A DNA stretch of 64,000 nt from Vitrella brassicaformis CCMP3155. Taxonomy: Eukaryota > Protista > Chromerida. Shown piece after piece: positions 36,835-49,004 of this stretch. The stretch's first letter is position 1, and each line of letters opens with the position of its first letter. The stretch spans positions 139,915 through 203,914 of the forward strand of contig CDMY01000047.1 of NCBI GenBank assembly GCA_001179505.1, given 5' to 3'. A model generated the notes under the pieces. The model did no database searches, was not told the origin of the DNA, and saw only the letters and a program-made list of their open reading frames with translations. A program made the position numbers and the translations under genes.

Positions 36835-39800
36835 ATGGAGACCGCCAACCGAGGAGCTGAGCCATCGCCCCGTAGCATCGGCATGTGTGAGTCAGACAGG
36901 CTCGTCCCGCCCTCCTGGCTCGGCCATCGGAAGGCTAAGCACACCCGCTCCCAGGTGCTGCCCGAGTGGCTGCGAGCGATCAAAGCCAAGCTCGAGGATG
37001 CATCGCTGGCGACCTCTGGAGGGAAGCGGCAGGTCGTGTGCGAGCCGCTGGGGGGCAGTGGCGCCCCGCTGCCCCTCTGCACCTGGCGGTGCTTGGCTGA
37101 CAGAGTCACAGATGTGGTCGACAAGGGCACTGTGGACGGCCGAGTGAGGCCTGTGCAGCTGCCGCAGGAGCCAGACGATGGGCTGAGGTCTGGTGGTGAT
37201 GGTGCGGGTGGTGTCAGGTGGGGTCTTATCTATGTAGGCGAGAAGCCGCTTTACTGTGATGCACACCAGGTGCGCAGCGAGCACAGGGAGAAGGAAGGGA
37301 TGGGAAATGATTGACGTGTATCACGTGAACACGTGTGTGTGTGTGTGTGTGTGTGTGTGGTGAATGCTGTGCGGATGTGTCAATCAGGACGTGACAGTGC
37401 TGGGGGAGTTTGTGGGAAAGCTGGTGTCATCCGCGTCAGTGCCAACATCCGAGCGCCACTTGTGCCAAGACCTCCGCTTCCTGCACAAACCAAATATGCC
37501 ATCGTCAGACGGTATGTATGCGGACACATCAGCACAGCACGCCATTCAGGCATTCACATGAATGCGTTTGTTGTCATGCAAGCAATGTCAGATGGGTGTG
37601 AGGTGCCGGGGGATGGTGAGGTGGTGGTGTCTGCGACGAGGCACTGCAACGAGATGGCCCTGGTTATCCCTGCACGCCGAGAGGTCCGGGGGAAGGTCAC
37701 TCGTTGGACGCCAAACACACAGTGGCACACGGTAGGTAAATCAACGGGTGGGCACTTCAGCCCCATCTGTCTGTCCGTCTGTCCTTTCACCCACATCTGT
37801 GTGTGTGGTGTGTGTTCCCTCCATCAGGTGTACGTCAACGGCTGGCCACACATAGTGTTGACGACCATACCTGGAGTCGGCATCAAGACAGGGGTATGTA
37901 TGTCAGCACCCTCATGCCACGCGGGATGCATCTCGTTGGCACGTTCTCTCTTGTCTGCCTCAAACAACATGTGATCAGGACATCTTAGTAGCGGATTTCG
38001 GCGATGCGTGGCTGCAGAGGTCCAGCCGGGCGGCCAGCGAGATACTCGTCCCTCGACTCGTCCAGAGCCGTGTCGCCACCCGGAGCGGCGATGGGCCTGG
38101 CCAACCGGCAGCATCCGCCTCTGCCTCCGCAGACGCCCCGTGTGTTCCCGCATCGCTGTGTGGAGTTAACTCAGCCCACCCCCCATCAGCCAACGGCGCT
38201 CCAACAGGGGTCCCAAACATCAAAGCGCACAGGATGCTCCGGGTACGCCAATGCACACACAGAGAGCATCGCGCAGCCCATCCCCCTCCCTCCGTCCCTG
38301 TGAATGGTGTGTGTGCCAGGCCGCCACGGCTGATCGTAGTGCCCGCACCGGCGACCGTCTGCTGGACGGTGATGAAGCTGACCTGACGGGGACAGCCTTC
38401 GAGGGCAGTGTGGGGGGGTTGGTGGCGCAGGGCGGGTCGATCGTTGAGCCAGTCGAGGTGGCCGCCAAGACCATACTCAGATCACGTAAGCTAAGCACTT
38501 TCTGTGAACAAGCGACGGACGATTTGCTCCATGCTTGTGTGCGTGTGCGCTTTGTGGTTGGCTGGTGGGTTGGCTGCAGTGTGCGGCTCCTCTGAGGTGT
38601 ACAGGGACGTGCTGCCCGTGTTTGAGGAGCACGTCAGATGCATGCGCAAAGAACCGAACCGACGGCGACAGACAAACCACAACACAGCGGGTCAGTCTGG
38701 CAGCGTCACCACACCCCATTCCATGCATCCCACAACACAACAAAAGATCCCTAGCATCTCTCTCTGCGGCCGTGCCGTGGTGTGCAGGGCTGGTCCCAGG
38801 CGGCTATGTCCCGCTGGCCGGCGTGCAGCCAGGCAACACAAGACTCGGAAAGGTACGCAGATCACACACAGTGCATGCATGCAGACCGACCGGCCAGCAG
38901 CTGTGCGTGTGAATGTCTATCGCTCCCCTCTCTCCCTCCCTTGCAGGGCTTGATAACGCGTTACGAGGGCGGGCACTTCACCGTCGAGTACCCTGACAAC
39001 ACCCGGCGTCGCCTCTCTGTGGAGGAGATGGCCACGGAGATCATGCAGCTCATCGACGAACAGCCCAAGAGTAAGCCACAGAACCACCAGCACACCCACG
39101 GAGCCTGTCACATGGCATGGGTGAATCGTGCGTGTGTGTCTACTCTCCAGGGGCGGCCGCCTCCCTCATCCCAGACGCCGAAATCGACTTCCCCGACCAG
39201 GGGCGATCGGACTCACCCTCCCGCGCAGGCCGTTCCCCAAGGTCCCTCAAGGCCAAAGCACACGCCCTCATCGCACAGGCCGCCCTCGCCGATAGCCAGG
39301 GCGTCGATATCACCTGGAACGACGCCCAGACGCAGTTCGAGGTGACTGTCCGTGGCCACCCTGCGCACCAACACCAGTGCTTCCCCGTGACGTCCTCCAC
39401 GCCCGTCGATGCCGCGTGGAAGAGCGTGCTGCTCTACTGCAGTCGCCACCTCCAGCAACGGCACAACGGCGCGGCACAGGGAAGGGGAGAGGCGAGGGCC
39501 TCAGCGGGTGCTGACAAGGACCGGCCGGCATCGCGGTCGCAGGTCGGCATCCAGCTCCCCACTGTGTATGGCGTCACTTGGCGAGACATGGGCTTCGACG
39601 CGCGCATCGGCGACGCCAGCCAGCGCTTCAGGGCCCCCACCGCCAGCGACAGCGATCGGCTGACGGCCTACATCTCTGCCGTCACATTCGTCAAGAACTA
39701 CGCCAGCCAGCCGGTCAAGGCCATGGATGAGGGCCAGCGCACACGCATCCTGGCGACCTACTCGAGTGCGCTGGAGACGGCCCTGCGGCAGCTGACCGAT

Positions 39801-41077
39801 CTGGCCAGCGAGCAGCTGCCCCAGCACCTCTCGCCCATCAACCCTTTGGCACTGCCCCTGTGCGACAACGAGACGGTGCAGCGCAAGATGCACCAGCTGG
39901 CCGAGAAGGACCGGCTCAGCAAGAGCCAGCGGTCGAGGACGGACGAGTCGCTCATTCAGGAGGCTGCGCAGATGGCGCCCGAGCCGGGCTGCAAATTCGT
40001 GTGGCTGTCCCGCGGGTGGATTGCCAACGTTGGCAACGAGCACCACGCCTTCTTCTCGATGGAGGAGTATGGAGGTCTAGCGGCATCTCAGCAGGCCGCC
40101 GCCAAGTGGAGGCGCCACGTCATCAACCAGCAGCAGCGGCAGGAGGACGGCAACGACTCGGGCAGTGAGGAGGAGGAGGAGGAGGAGGAGGACTCTCAGG
40201 CCCCCGACCACCAGCCCGTGAAGCGGTCGTCCCGCCGCCCCCGTCGCCAGGTCTCGGCCAACATCAAGGACTATTCGTCCATCGCCGACGCCAATCGCGG
40301 TGACAGACCAGCCAGGGGGGCCGACAAAGACGACCCACAGGTCCTCCAGCAGCAGGCGGCGAGCCTTCCGCCGGTGCCGGGGGTGTGGTGGAGCCACAAC
40401 CGCGGGCCGGGGTTCGCCACCAACCGCGACGGGGAGTTGTTTGCGGTCAAGAGGTATGGCAGTGTTGTGGAGGCGTACCGTGCGGCGGTCGCATGCGTCA
40501 AGAGGATCGACGTGGCAGAGGTCCAGATACCCGGCCAGGAGGACAAACAAGGTCGGCGGGNNNNNNNNNNNNNNNNNNNNNNNNNNNNNNNNNNNNNNNN
40601 NNNNNNNNNNNNNNNNNNNNNNNNNNNNNNNNNNNNNNNNNNNNNNNNNNNNNNNNNNNNNNNNNNNNNNNNNNNNNNNNNNNNNNNNNNNNNNNNNNNN
40701 NNNNNNNNNNNNNNNNNNNNNNNNNNNNNNNNNNNNNNNNNNNNNNNNNNNNNNNNNNNNNNNNNNNNNNNNNNNNNNNNNNNNNNNNNNNNNNNNNNNN
40801 NNNNNNNNNNNNNNNNNNNNNNNNNNNNNNNNNNNNNNNNNNNNNNNNNNNNNNNNNNNNGGGGAAGGGGGAGAGAGAGAGGAGGAATGGATAGCTGATC
40901 GTTTGTTGTGTGTTGTGTGTTGCCCGTCTCTTCTCAGCGGCCAAGGATGAGGGGGAGAGGGAGGATTCTGTGCCGCAAAGCGCCTCAGGACGCAATGAGC
41001 GCACCACCACAAAACGTAAGCCGCCAAACGCGACAAGGCAGCCAGCTGCAAAGGAAAGAGCCTCACTGTTGTGCTCT

Positions 41078-41108
<31 letters not shown>

Positions 41109-43107
41109 GGTCTCCGTCCGCCCGCCTACGTCCCTCCGCGCAACAAGGAGGGCAGGTTCTGCAGCCGCAGCATCGAAGACCAAGACAAGGGCGACAAACA
41201 CGAGAGGGACAAGGAGACCAAGGACAACAACAAGACACCGAAACAACAGCCGCACCGAGACCCCTTGCCGCCGTGTCGCGGCCCCGGCCTCTGGCACGAC
41301 AGCAGGGGCATCTTTGCGCGCCTGGGGGGTCGCGTGGAGTTCTTCGCATTCAGCAGCCACGAGGGGTCGGCTGACGACCGGCGGCGGGCTGCCTTTGGGG
41401 CAGCGAGTGAGGCGATGAAGCGTGCGATCGAGGTAGAGACGGAGGAGAGAGAGGAGGCGGCGGCCAGACGGGCTGCCGAGGTACAGGAGGAAAACAGGCG
41501 GCAGATGGCGCAGCGGCAAGAGCAGGCCAAGAAGAAAAACACGACCAGGGCCAAAGAAACACGTGAGTGTCCAGTCCCCACGCAGGGAGGGATCCACTCC
41601 ACCGGCTGTCATGTCATCCGCCCGCCCATATGTCCCCGTGTGTGTGTCCATCCAACACAAACAGGTGCATTGCAGGAGGATCTGCGCAAGTGCCTGAAGG
41701 GTCCGAGGGACAAGATGCCGCTGGACGAGAACGAGTTCGGCCGGGGCCGCCGCGTCCGGCGAGGCGCAGAAGACTCCCAGTTCGTCTACGACCACTCGGC
41801 CGCCCTCTGCTCCAACGGCACACACAGCCCCACGCCAGACAGCGGCGATGACGAGTACAACGACCGCAGTGTGGTGCAGGTGGTGGTCCCTCCAGCTCGC
41901 GGCAAAAAGAGGAAGCCGCCGCCCCTTAATGACCTGGACATGCTCAACAAGAACACCGTGCAGATCATGGACCAGTCGGAGGAGGCACATGGTGGGGCCG
42001 GGAGCGCCGAAGGGGGGAGGGGGGTGGGGTGATGGGACGCACCCGCACGTGTGTGCATTTGATTTGATTTGATTTGATTGTGTGTGTGTGTGCGTGTGCA
42101 GAGGAGTATATGATGACCCTCTTCCTGACGGCCGTCAGCAGCATCGAAGGGCCCAGCTTTGTGGTGAGTCAGTGACACCCACAGCAACTACGCACACACA
42201 CAGCTCACACCAGCGCTACCTGTGTGTGTGTCCCTCCCCCCGTCTGCAGTCTGACGTTCACCGTCGTCGCAAGGCCCGCCGGATGTCCATCGAGCAGCAC
42301 TCCGCACACAGCCAGCCCCACACATTCCGCGGGCCCGCACACAGCCACCACCACCAGCCACCCAAGCGCCAGAGACGCACCCCCCTCGCCGCCAAGCCCC
42401 CTCCACCTCCACCAAATCGCAGGAGGCGCCGTCGTCGCCGTGACTCTGAGGAGGACTACGACGTCGAGGAGGAGGAGGAGGAGGACGAAGAAGCGGAAAT
42501 GGACGATGACGACGAGACGGAATCGCCGGAGATGGAGCTGGACGACCGCATCGACGAGCTCGCACACTGGCACCTGCTGCAGGAGGCATATCGGAGGGGC
42601 TTAAAGCATGGCGGGGCGCGGCCGCCCTTCGTGCCACCTCCCCTGCTCTTCCGAGGGCCGGTGCGGCTACCCTCCCACCCACCCTCGGGCATCCGCCCGC
42701 TCATCCCGCAATGGCGCGATCTCTACCCAAGACAGCAGGACGCCACCAACCCCGCCGCCCTACTGCCCGTCAAGGCGTTCCACAGCGGCAGCTCGCCGTG
42801 GGGACTGTCCACCTTCACCGTCGTCAAGCGGCAGGGCGGCACAGATGAGGCGGAGGGGTCCGCCGATCACACCCCATCGCAGCGGTTGTTCCCCTCCTCA
42901 GGCCCATCAGGTCTGTTCAGGCCGCCCATGCCGCCCGGCAATGGAGGCGGTGGGTCATCGCACTTTGTGGAATTGCGTCCGATGGCGGGTATGGGGTTGC
43001 GTCAGATGGCGGCGTGGCCGTCCTTCAGGGGCATCGGCATGAGAGGGAGGGAGGAGCGTCTGGAGAGCCTTCCCAAGCTGGCCGCCCCAAACCAGTGGGA
43101 CAGGTAG
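36835..43107 (+). CDS. Multidomain chromatin/DNA-binding protein: divergent SET domain, Tudor-like domain and five AP2 (ApiAP2)-like domains
   Basis: SET: RWGLIYVGEKPLYCDAHQ|DVTVLGEFVGKL...RHCNEMALV...PNTQWHT|VYVNGWPHIVLTTIPGVGIKTG|DILVADFGDAW. Tudor-like: GLITRYEGGHFTVEYPDNTRRRLSVEE. AP2-like examples: PEPGCKFVWLSRGWIANVGNEHHAFFSMEEYGGLAASQQAAAKWRR and LPPVPGVWWSHNRGPGFATNRDGELFAVKRYGSVVEAYRAAV. Junctions I checked from 37270 to 39150 are in frame. One N-gap (40561-40860) lies inside. Confidence 0.75.
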
Positions 43108-45414
43108 CGTAGCGGGCCTTTGCTGTGTGTGTTATGTGCGTGCGTGTGCGTGGCGTAGATTTGCCGGCCAGGCCAGTGCTGGGACGCTCTTGCTTGCGTC
43201 CATCCCATCCATCGACCCGACCATTGATTGGGATATCTTGCTGACAGACTTACTGGTGCCTGCAATGCCTGGCCATGTGTTCCTTGCTACTCACTCACCT
43301 CACTCATGCTCGAGTTCGTGTCGTGTTGTGGGAGGATGGAAACACTCATTGATTGGATTGGATTGGATGGCAGGCAACCCGAGTCGAGCTCCCGAGCAGA
43401 GCAGAGTTCGGTTTGTGATGTGCTGACTGACTGACTGACTGACCGGCACGTACCTATAGCATAGCTAGCTGTAGCTGTAGCGATATGATACGATGGATAG
43501 TGAGGTTGCGATGGGATGCCATGCGATGACACACGCATCCATCGGCTGCGCAACGGCAAGTGGGCTGGGCGGCACAGCTCACCTCACCCTGTGTGTGAAT
43601 ACGTGGAAGGAAGGTGTGCGTGTGTAGTGCTTGTGTGGGTGAGGGGGTGGGGGGTGTGGGGGTGGGGATTAGACACATGACTGACGCCAACCTGACTGAT
43701 GAGGGAGGGAGGGAGGGAGGGGGTGTACAGACAAGATGGACACACAGAAAGAAAGAAAGAAAGAAGGAAAGACAGACAGACAGCTGCCTGGTCGAGAGAC
43801 CGACCGGCCGGCCGGACCCACTGGCTCGCTTGTGTGTAGAAGACAGCAGCAGCAGCTGCTGCTGCTGCGTAGAAGGCGATGAACATGCATGATGTGATGA
43901 ACACACCAACAAACCGCCAAAACAGTCGGGACCGATCATCCTTTGTATTCACAACCGCAGGCAGCGGCCACAGCTCATACACACACAACAACACAATCAA
44001 TGCTCACAAAGGGCAGCCCTCGCGGCCGACTCTCGTGTCTCGTCTGTCTCCCACTTCTGGCCCGATGGCTCCCGCATCGATGACCCGCGTTGTCCTGCTG
44101 ACGGGGCGGGCAGCCTCAAAGAGCCTTGACAAATCGTTGCCACAATCCAGAGCCAGAGAACACAATGTCTGAGTCTAATGGCTGGGCCGAGCATGTGTAT
44201 GAGAAGAAGCGTATGTACTGCAAGTACTGCAAACACGACCAGGTGACGACTCAATATTGGTGTATGGGACCTCGGGTCCGGCCGCTGCCATTGATTTATT
44301 GAGTGCTCTCACGCCCATGAATGCCGTGTGTCTCGCCCGCCCCCTCATGAATGCAATGCACCCAATGCACCCACACAGGTCTGCCTGTCTGTCTGTCCGT
44401 CTGTCTGTGTGCCTGCCGACCGGTGAGCACCTCACACGCTTTTGTGGAGCGCACTTGACCGCTCGGCAGGCAGGCAGTCACACCCAACGCAACGCAACGC
44501 AACGCAACGCAACGCACACATGAGTACGTGTCCACGGATGAAGGTCTACGTCGGTGTCTCTCGCAGCCAAATCAAATCGCTCAGCTCTGTCAGTGTAGAT
44601 GACGTGTTCGCTGAGCGGTTCGTGAGGCCGAGAGAGAGAGAGAGAGAGAGACATGCAGCCCATGAACGAAGGAACAAGAACTCACGGCGATGTTCCTCAA
44701 ATCACTCAGTCAAATCACTGGTGCACACACACACACAGAGGGCCGCGAAAGTAAGCGGCGCCTGTACGTCTTGTTGAAGTGCAGTGTGTGCGGGCGCCGC
44801 GCACCCCACACTCTCGACACGAAGGAAACAGCACATGGACAAATACACATGGGAAATCAATAATCGATACACGCTCGTCCTCGCTGCCTGCCAGTGCTGT
44901 CTGTCTGTCTGTGTGTCCTCGTGTGTCTGTCTGTCGGCGACCATGGGAGCAGCCAGCTTCACCGTTCACACAGGCGCCAGCCAACGAATTTTGTGTATGT
45001 ATGTAGTGACATAGACAAATGAATCAATCGGCAGGTACAGTGAGAATGTACGTATGCAGTGAGTGAGACAAATGAATCAACACAACGAACGAGAACTGAC
45101 TGACACATCAACGAATGAATCGTCTGTCTGTGTGTATGTATGTGGGTACAGTGTGTGTGGCGGTTCGTTCGTGTGCATCCCCAATCCCAATCCCTCCCTC
45201 CCTCGATGGATGGACCGATTGATCAGCACCAGCCACATGAACAGCAGCAGCCACAGCAGCCCCAGCACTGGTACTGCCACCGGCAGCCACAGCAGCCACA
45301 CACCTGCTGCCACCCGCACCTGCATCTCGTAGACGCCTGCTCGTCGGCCGCGCCATCTGATAAGCCACACACACACACACAGACAGACAGACAGACAGTA
45401 TGGATGCTTGTGGG

Positions 45415-45931
45415 TCAGTCAGGTGAGGCAGGCCCTTCATCCGTACCGTCCGTAGCGGTCAGGTTGGCGGGTGTCTTCCAGAGAGTGTGCACGATGCCTT
45501 TGCTGACGTGGTAGTTGCGCTTCTCCATGCCCTCGATGTCGTCGCCCTTGACGACGCTGGCGAGGACCTCACTGGCCTCCTCGGTCGCCGGGTCCTGCGT
45601 CCACTTCACCTCGCCGAACTCCAACTCGAGCAGCGTCTTGAGGAGACGCTCGCCCTCCTCTCGGGTCATGTTGGCCGGGACTTCCACTGTGCCGGCTGCA
45701 GTCACTGAACCGCCTGCAAAGGAGACAGGCCAAGCTTGTGCAAAACAGTGAGTGTATCAACCAACAGTCGTGTGTCCGCAAGCAACTCAATGGCCATCGC
45801 GGGTGTGTGAGTGTGTGATGTGATGTATACGCACCGGCAGGCGACACGGGCGACAGCTGGCGCTTGAGGAGCTGGCAGTTGGCGACGCCAACCAAGGCGA
45901 CAAGAAGAAGCAGGCCCAGGACACGGGACAT
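45415..45931 (-). CDS. Small secreted protein of unknown function, 2 exons (45931-45835, 45713-45415)
   Basis: Signal peptide MSRVLGLLLLVALVGVANC. In-frame junction SPA|GGSVTAAGTVEV...PASPD*. Confidence 0.7.
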
Positions 45932-46264
45932 CTTCGGTGGAGCGATAGTGGTAGTGCAAAGAGGAGGAGAGAGGGAGTTGAGTGACGGAGGGCTGCGCTG
46001 CTTCGAGATAAGTCCGCGAGATGAAACGAAGGCAAGACGCGGTGGTAGACGAGACAGGCTGCCGGCCCGAAATCATGTTTGTTCTCCCTGCCGCTCTCCT
46101 GTGCGAAATCTCTCTGCGTTTCGGTGACAGGAACCCTAAGCCACGCACCGCGTCAGATGGATGTCTCCGGCTGGAAACACCTTAATGCCCTATGGATACT
46201 AGTGTGTTGGGTCGTGGGGGAGCCTTGACTATCTCCCTAGGAGGGCTTCCTGTGAGACAATCCG

Positions 46265-46287
46265 AAACCCTAACCCTAAACCCTAAA
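46265..46287 (+). repeat. Telomere-like/telobox cluster AAACCCTAACCCTAAACCCTAAA
   Basis: Direct reading. A further AACCCTAA lies at about 46132. The cluster sits between divergent ATGs at 45931 and 46406. Confidence 0.7.
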
Positions 46288-46405
46288 GGTTTCGACGAGC
46301 TTCTAGCGAGAGAATCTTCCACTTGCCTTTTTCCTCCTCTCTCCCTCCCCGGCCTTAACCGGAGCAGCGATCTGCCTGAGATCTGTGGTTTCGTGCTCTC
46401 TCGCC

Positions 46406-47559
46406 ATGAGAGTACTGCGAGCGACAACGTTTCCGTCTCTGCTGCTGGCGTGCTGTGCCTTCGGCCCTCGGTGTGTCAGCGGACAGAGGTGGGAGCCAGG
46501 ACAGACGGCTCTCAAGTTCCGGAGTCAGTTTGGCAGCTCACAATTTGTGTTCGGTACGAAAGGCAATTAGGCAACAATAACGCATCTTGTCCTCGTCCTC
46601 ACCAAGAGTGTCTTATGTGTATGTTGACAGACTTGGCTCGAATGAGTCCTGTCGACGCGGGCAAGGGCGGCGAACTGCGGAAAGCTGATGTGGGGTCAAT
46701 GCCGTCCCTCGCCGGCAACGGCGTCTCGCAGGTCCTCTACAGGCTGTATCCCTGTGGCATGAACAGGTCAGAAACACACACACATAGACAGACGCACTCA
46801 ATGAATGCTCGAGGCACACTGACTGACACGTATGGTTCTCTCTCTGTGTGTCATCCATCAGTGTGCAGATGCATCCCCGCGCCAGTGAGCTGTTCTACGT
46901 GATCAACGCGACGGAGCTGGTCGTCGGCTTTGTGGAGGAAAACGGTGGCCGCACCGTCGAGAACACCCTCAAGACGGGCCAGCTGTCCTTCGTGCCAAAA
47001 GGCCTCATGCACTGGCACTACAACGCCGGTAGGAGCGGCGCACCGGACCGACAGCCAAGCTAGATAGAATTCCTTTATGTGTTGGTTAATCGACCTTCTT
47101 CTGTGATCACTGTAGGATGCGAGGACGCTGTCTTTTTGTCGACATTTAATCACGAGGACCCCGGTGTGGTGACGATTGTCAACGCCTTGTTCGACATCAA
47201 CGCGACGTCCCTGCAGGCGGCACTCAACGTCGACCGCGCGCTGGTCGCCGACCTCAAAACGAGTGTACCCCCGTCACCCGTCCCAGGCATCGCAGAGTGC
47301 CTCAGGAGATGCGGGCTGGAAGGTAGGCATTCCATTCAGCATTCAGCAGTCACTCTCACTCTCACCGTCCGCCGTGCAAGTGTGTGTGTCTGTGTGTGTG
47401 TGTCATATAGCTGTGGATCCGTGTGAGCTCAAGCGGTGCGGCAACCATGAGCGTTGCAGGGTCAACGACGAGGGCAAGGCGGTGTGCGAGTGCAGGGACC
47501 AATACGCGAGGGACGAAAACGGCGACTGCAGACACGTCGGGGGCTGGGGCGAGGGGTAG
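46406..47559 (+). CDS. Secreted germin/spherulin-like cupin with C-terminal EGF-like domain, 5 exons
   Basis: Signal peptide MRVLRATTFPSLLLACCAFG. SQFVF|DL, PCGMN|SVQMHPRASELFYV (cupin motif 1), GQLSFVPKGLMHWHYNAG|C (motif 2), FLSTFNHEDPGV. EGF: CELKRCGNHERCRVNDEGKAVCECRDQYARDENGDC. Confidence 0.9.
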
Positions 47560-48652
47560 ATATGATATGTATCGAGATACACACACACTATCCATCCATC
47601 CATCCAGCCATCCATCCATTGTGCAGTGCATCCTCTCACTGACTCAGTCACTCCTTCATCGTCGGCTGCCTATGTATAGGTGTCACGTAGAGGGGTGTTA
47701 GGTAGGCTAGGGGGAGACAGACAGAGGGCGGCGGGACGGGACGGTACGGGAAAGGACAGCTGGACGCTTCTTTTTTACGTGTGTGCTGTATTGTGACATG
47801 GTCATGGGCCGTCCACCCAGCTCAGCCGCCTTCATACATACGTCCATCCATCCATCCATGGCCCTTCGTCTCTTATTTGTAGTGAGTGAATCGGTGTGTA
47901 TCCTTTATCTATCGCTGTGTGTGTGTGTGTGTGTGTGTGAGTCACTGACACAACGAACGCGGGCAGGCAGGCAGGAAACCACGCCACGCCCTCTGGCCTG
48001 GCCGCCTGGGTGGCGGCCGGCCGCGTGTGGACTGCCTGCCTGCCTGCCTGATTGTTTGCCGTTTACTGTTGGCCATCCATCCATCTATGCTGCCTGGCAT
48101 CCATGTGCTGGCTGGCTGCATGTGGCGACGGACGATGGGTGCGACTTACTTACTGCTTTAGTGGGTGGGTGGGGCTGGGTCGGATAGAGGCTTGGCTTGG
48201 CTTGGCTTGGCTGGGGTGTATTTGTTTGTCTCCTTCACTACCGTGAAGCGAAGCCGATCATCCTGGCTGGGGGCGGGGCGTGTCGATAGGGCAGGCAGGA
48301 AGGCGGAGAGAAAGAGGGAGGAGTGAAGTGCCTTTGCTTCGGTCGAGGAGGCGTGTGTCGTGCGTGTCGTGGTGTCGCTATACTCTGTAACTAGGCAGGC
48401 ATCTGTAGTTTTTTCCAGGCGTTCTAGTAGTGGTCCAGGTCTGTCTTGTGTCTTGCCTTCATCCTTGAGGGTCACCTTTCGTCTGGCCCTCTCGGAGTCC
48501 TTCGATCACCGTCTCGTCGCCCTTCCATGTCACTCGTGGCATCGTGTGTGGTGGATGGGTGGCGGGGCGGCGGCCGCAGGACAGAGAGGGCAGACCAAAG
48601 GAAGCAAGCAACACACACACACGCCAAAAAACAGACAGACAGACAGACAGAC
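46777..48652 (+). repeat. Segmental direct duplication, copy A (~1.9 kb; copy B at 49663-51521)
   Basis: Near-identical sequence from cacacacatagacagacgcactcaatgaatgctcgagg through germin exons 3-5 and the 3' flank, to the GACA microsatellite inside the dispersed element. Confidence 0.95.
48452..48652 (+). mobile_element. 3'-truncated copy of the ~480-bp dispersed element at the end of duplication copy A
   Basis: gtcttgccttcatccttgagggtcacctttcg...gaccaaaggaagcaagca matches the 5' part of 51327-51810, then diverges after (GACA)n. Confidence 0.8.
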
Positions 48653-49004
48653 GATGGAACCACTAGCTGTGTTTGGGCTGACTGACTTCTTAAGCCGTGT
48701 GTGTGTGTGTGCGTGCGACCGACACACCCACACGGCTGGGCTGCTGACTGAATGGCCGATGAATGCATTGTGTGGAGTGAATGGGCCAAGAGCGCACGCA
48801 ACCATGGAGACAGACAGGCAGGCAGGCATGAACACACACGCACACACACACACACAGAGGGAGAGAGAGGGGCACATGCGCAGTGCACGCCCCCTCCCTC
48901 CCTCCCTCTCTGCACACACAGCCCACCCCTGCGCACATCCGTGTGTGGGAAGGTGCCTGCCTGCGTGCTGCGCACTCCCGCACACGCGCATTCACGAAAC
49001 TCGC

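Noticed and set aside
43584-44254. Hydrophobic minus-strand ORFs (IVLLCVYELWPLP...FWRFVGVFITSCMFIAFY)
   Set aside because: No ATG start and I could not build a consistent spliced model. The poly-Ala derives from a GCA/GCT repeat. It remains a weak possibility pending RNA-seq.
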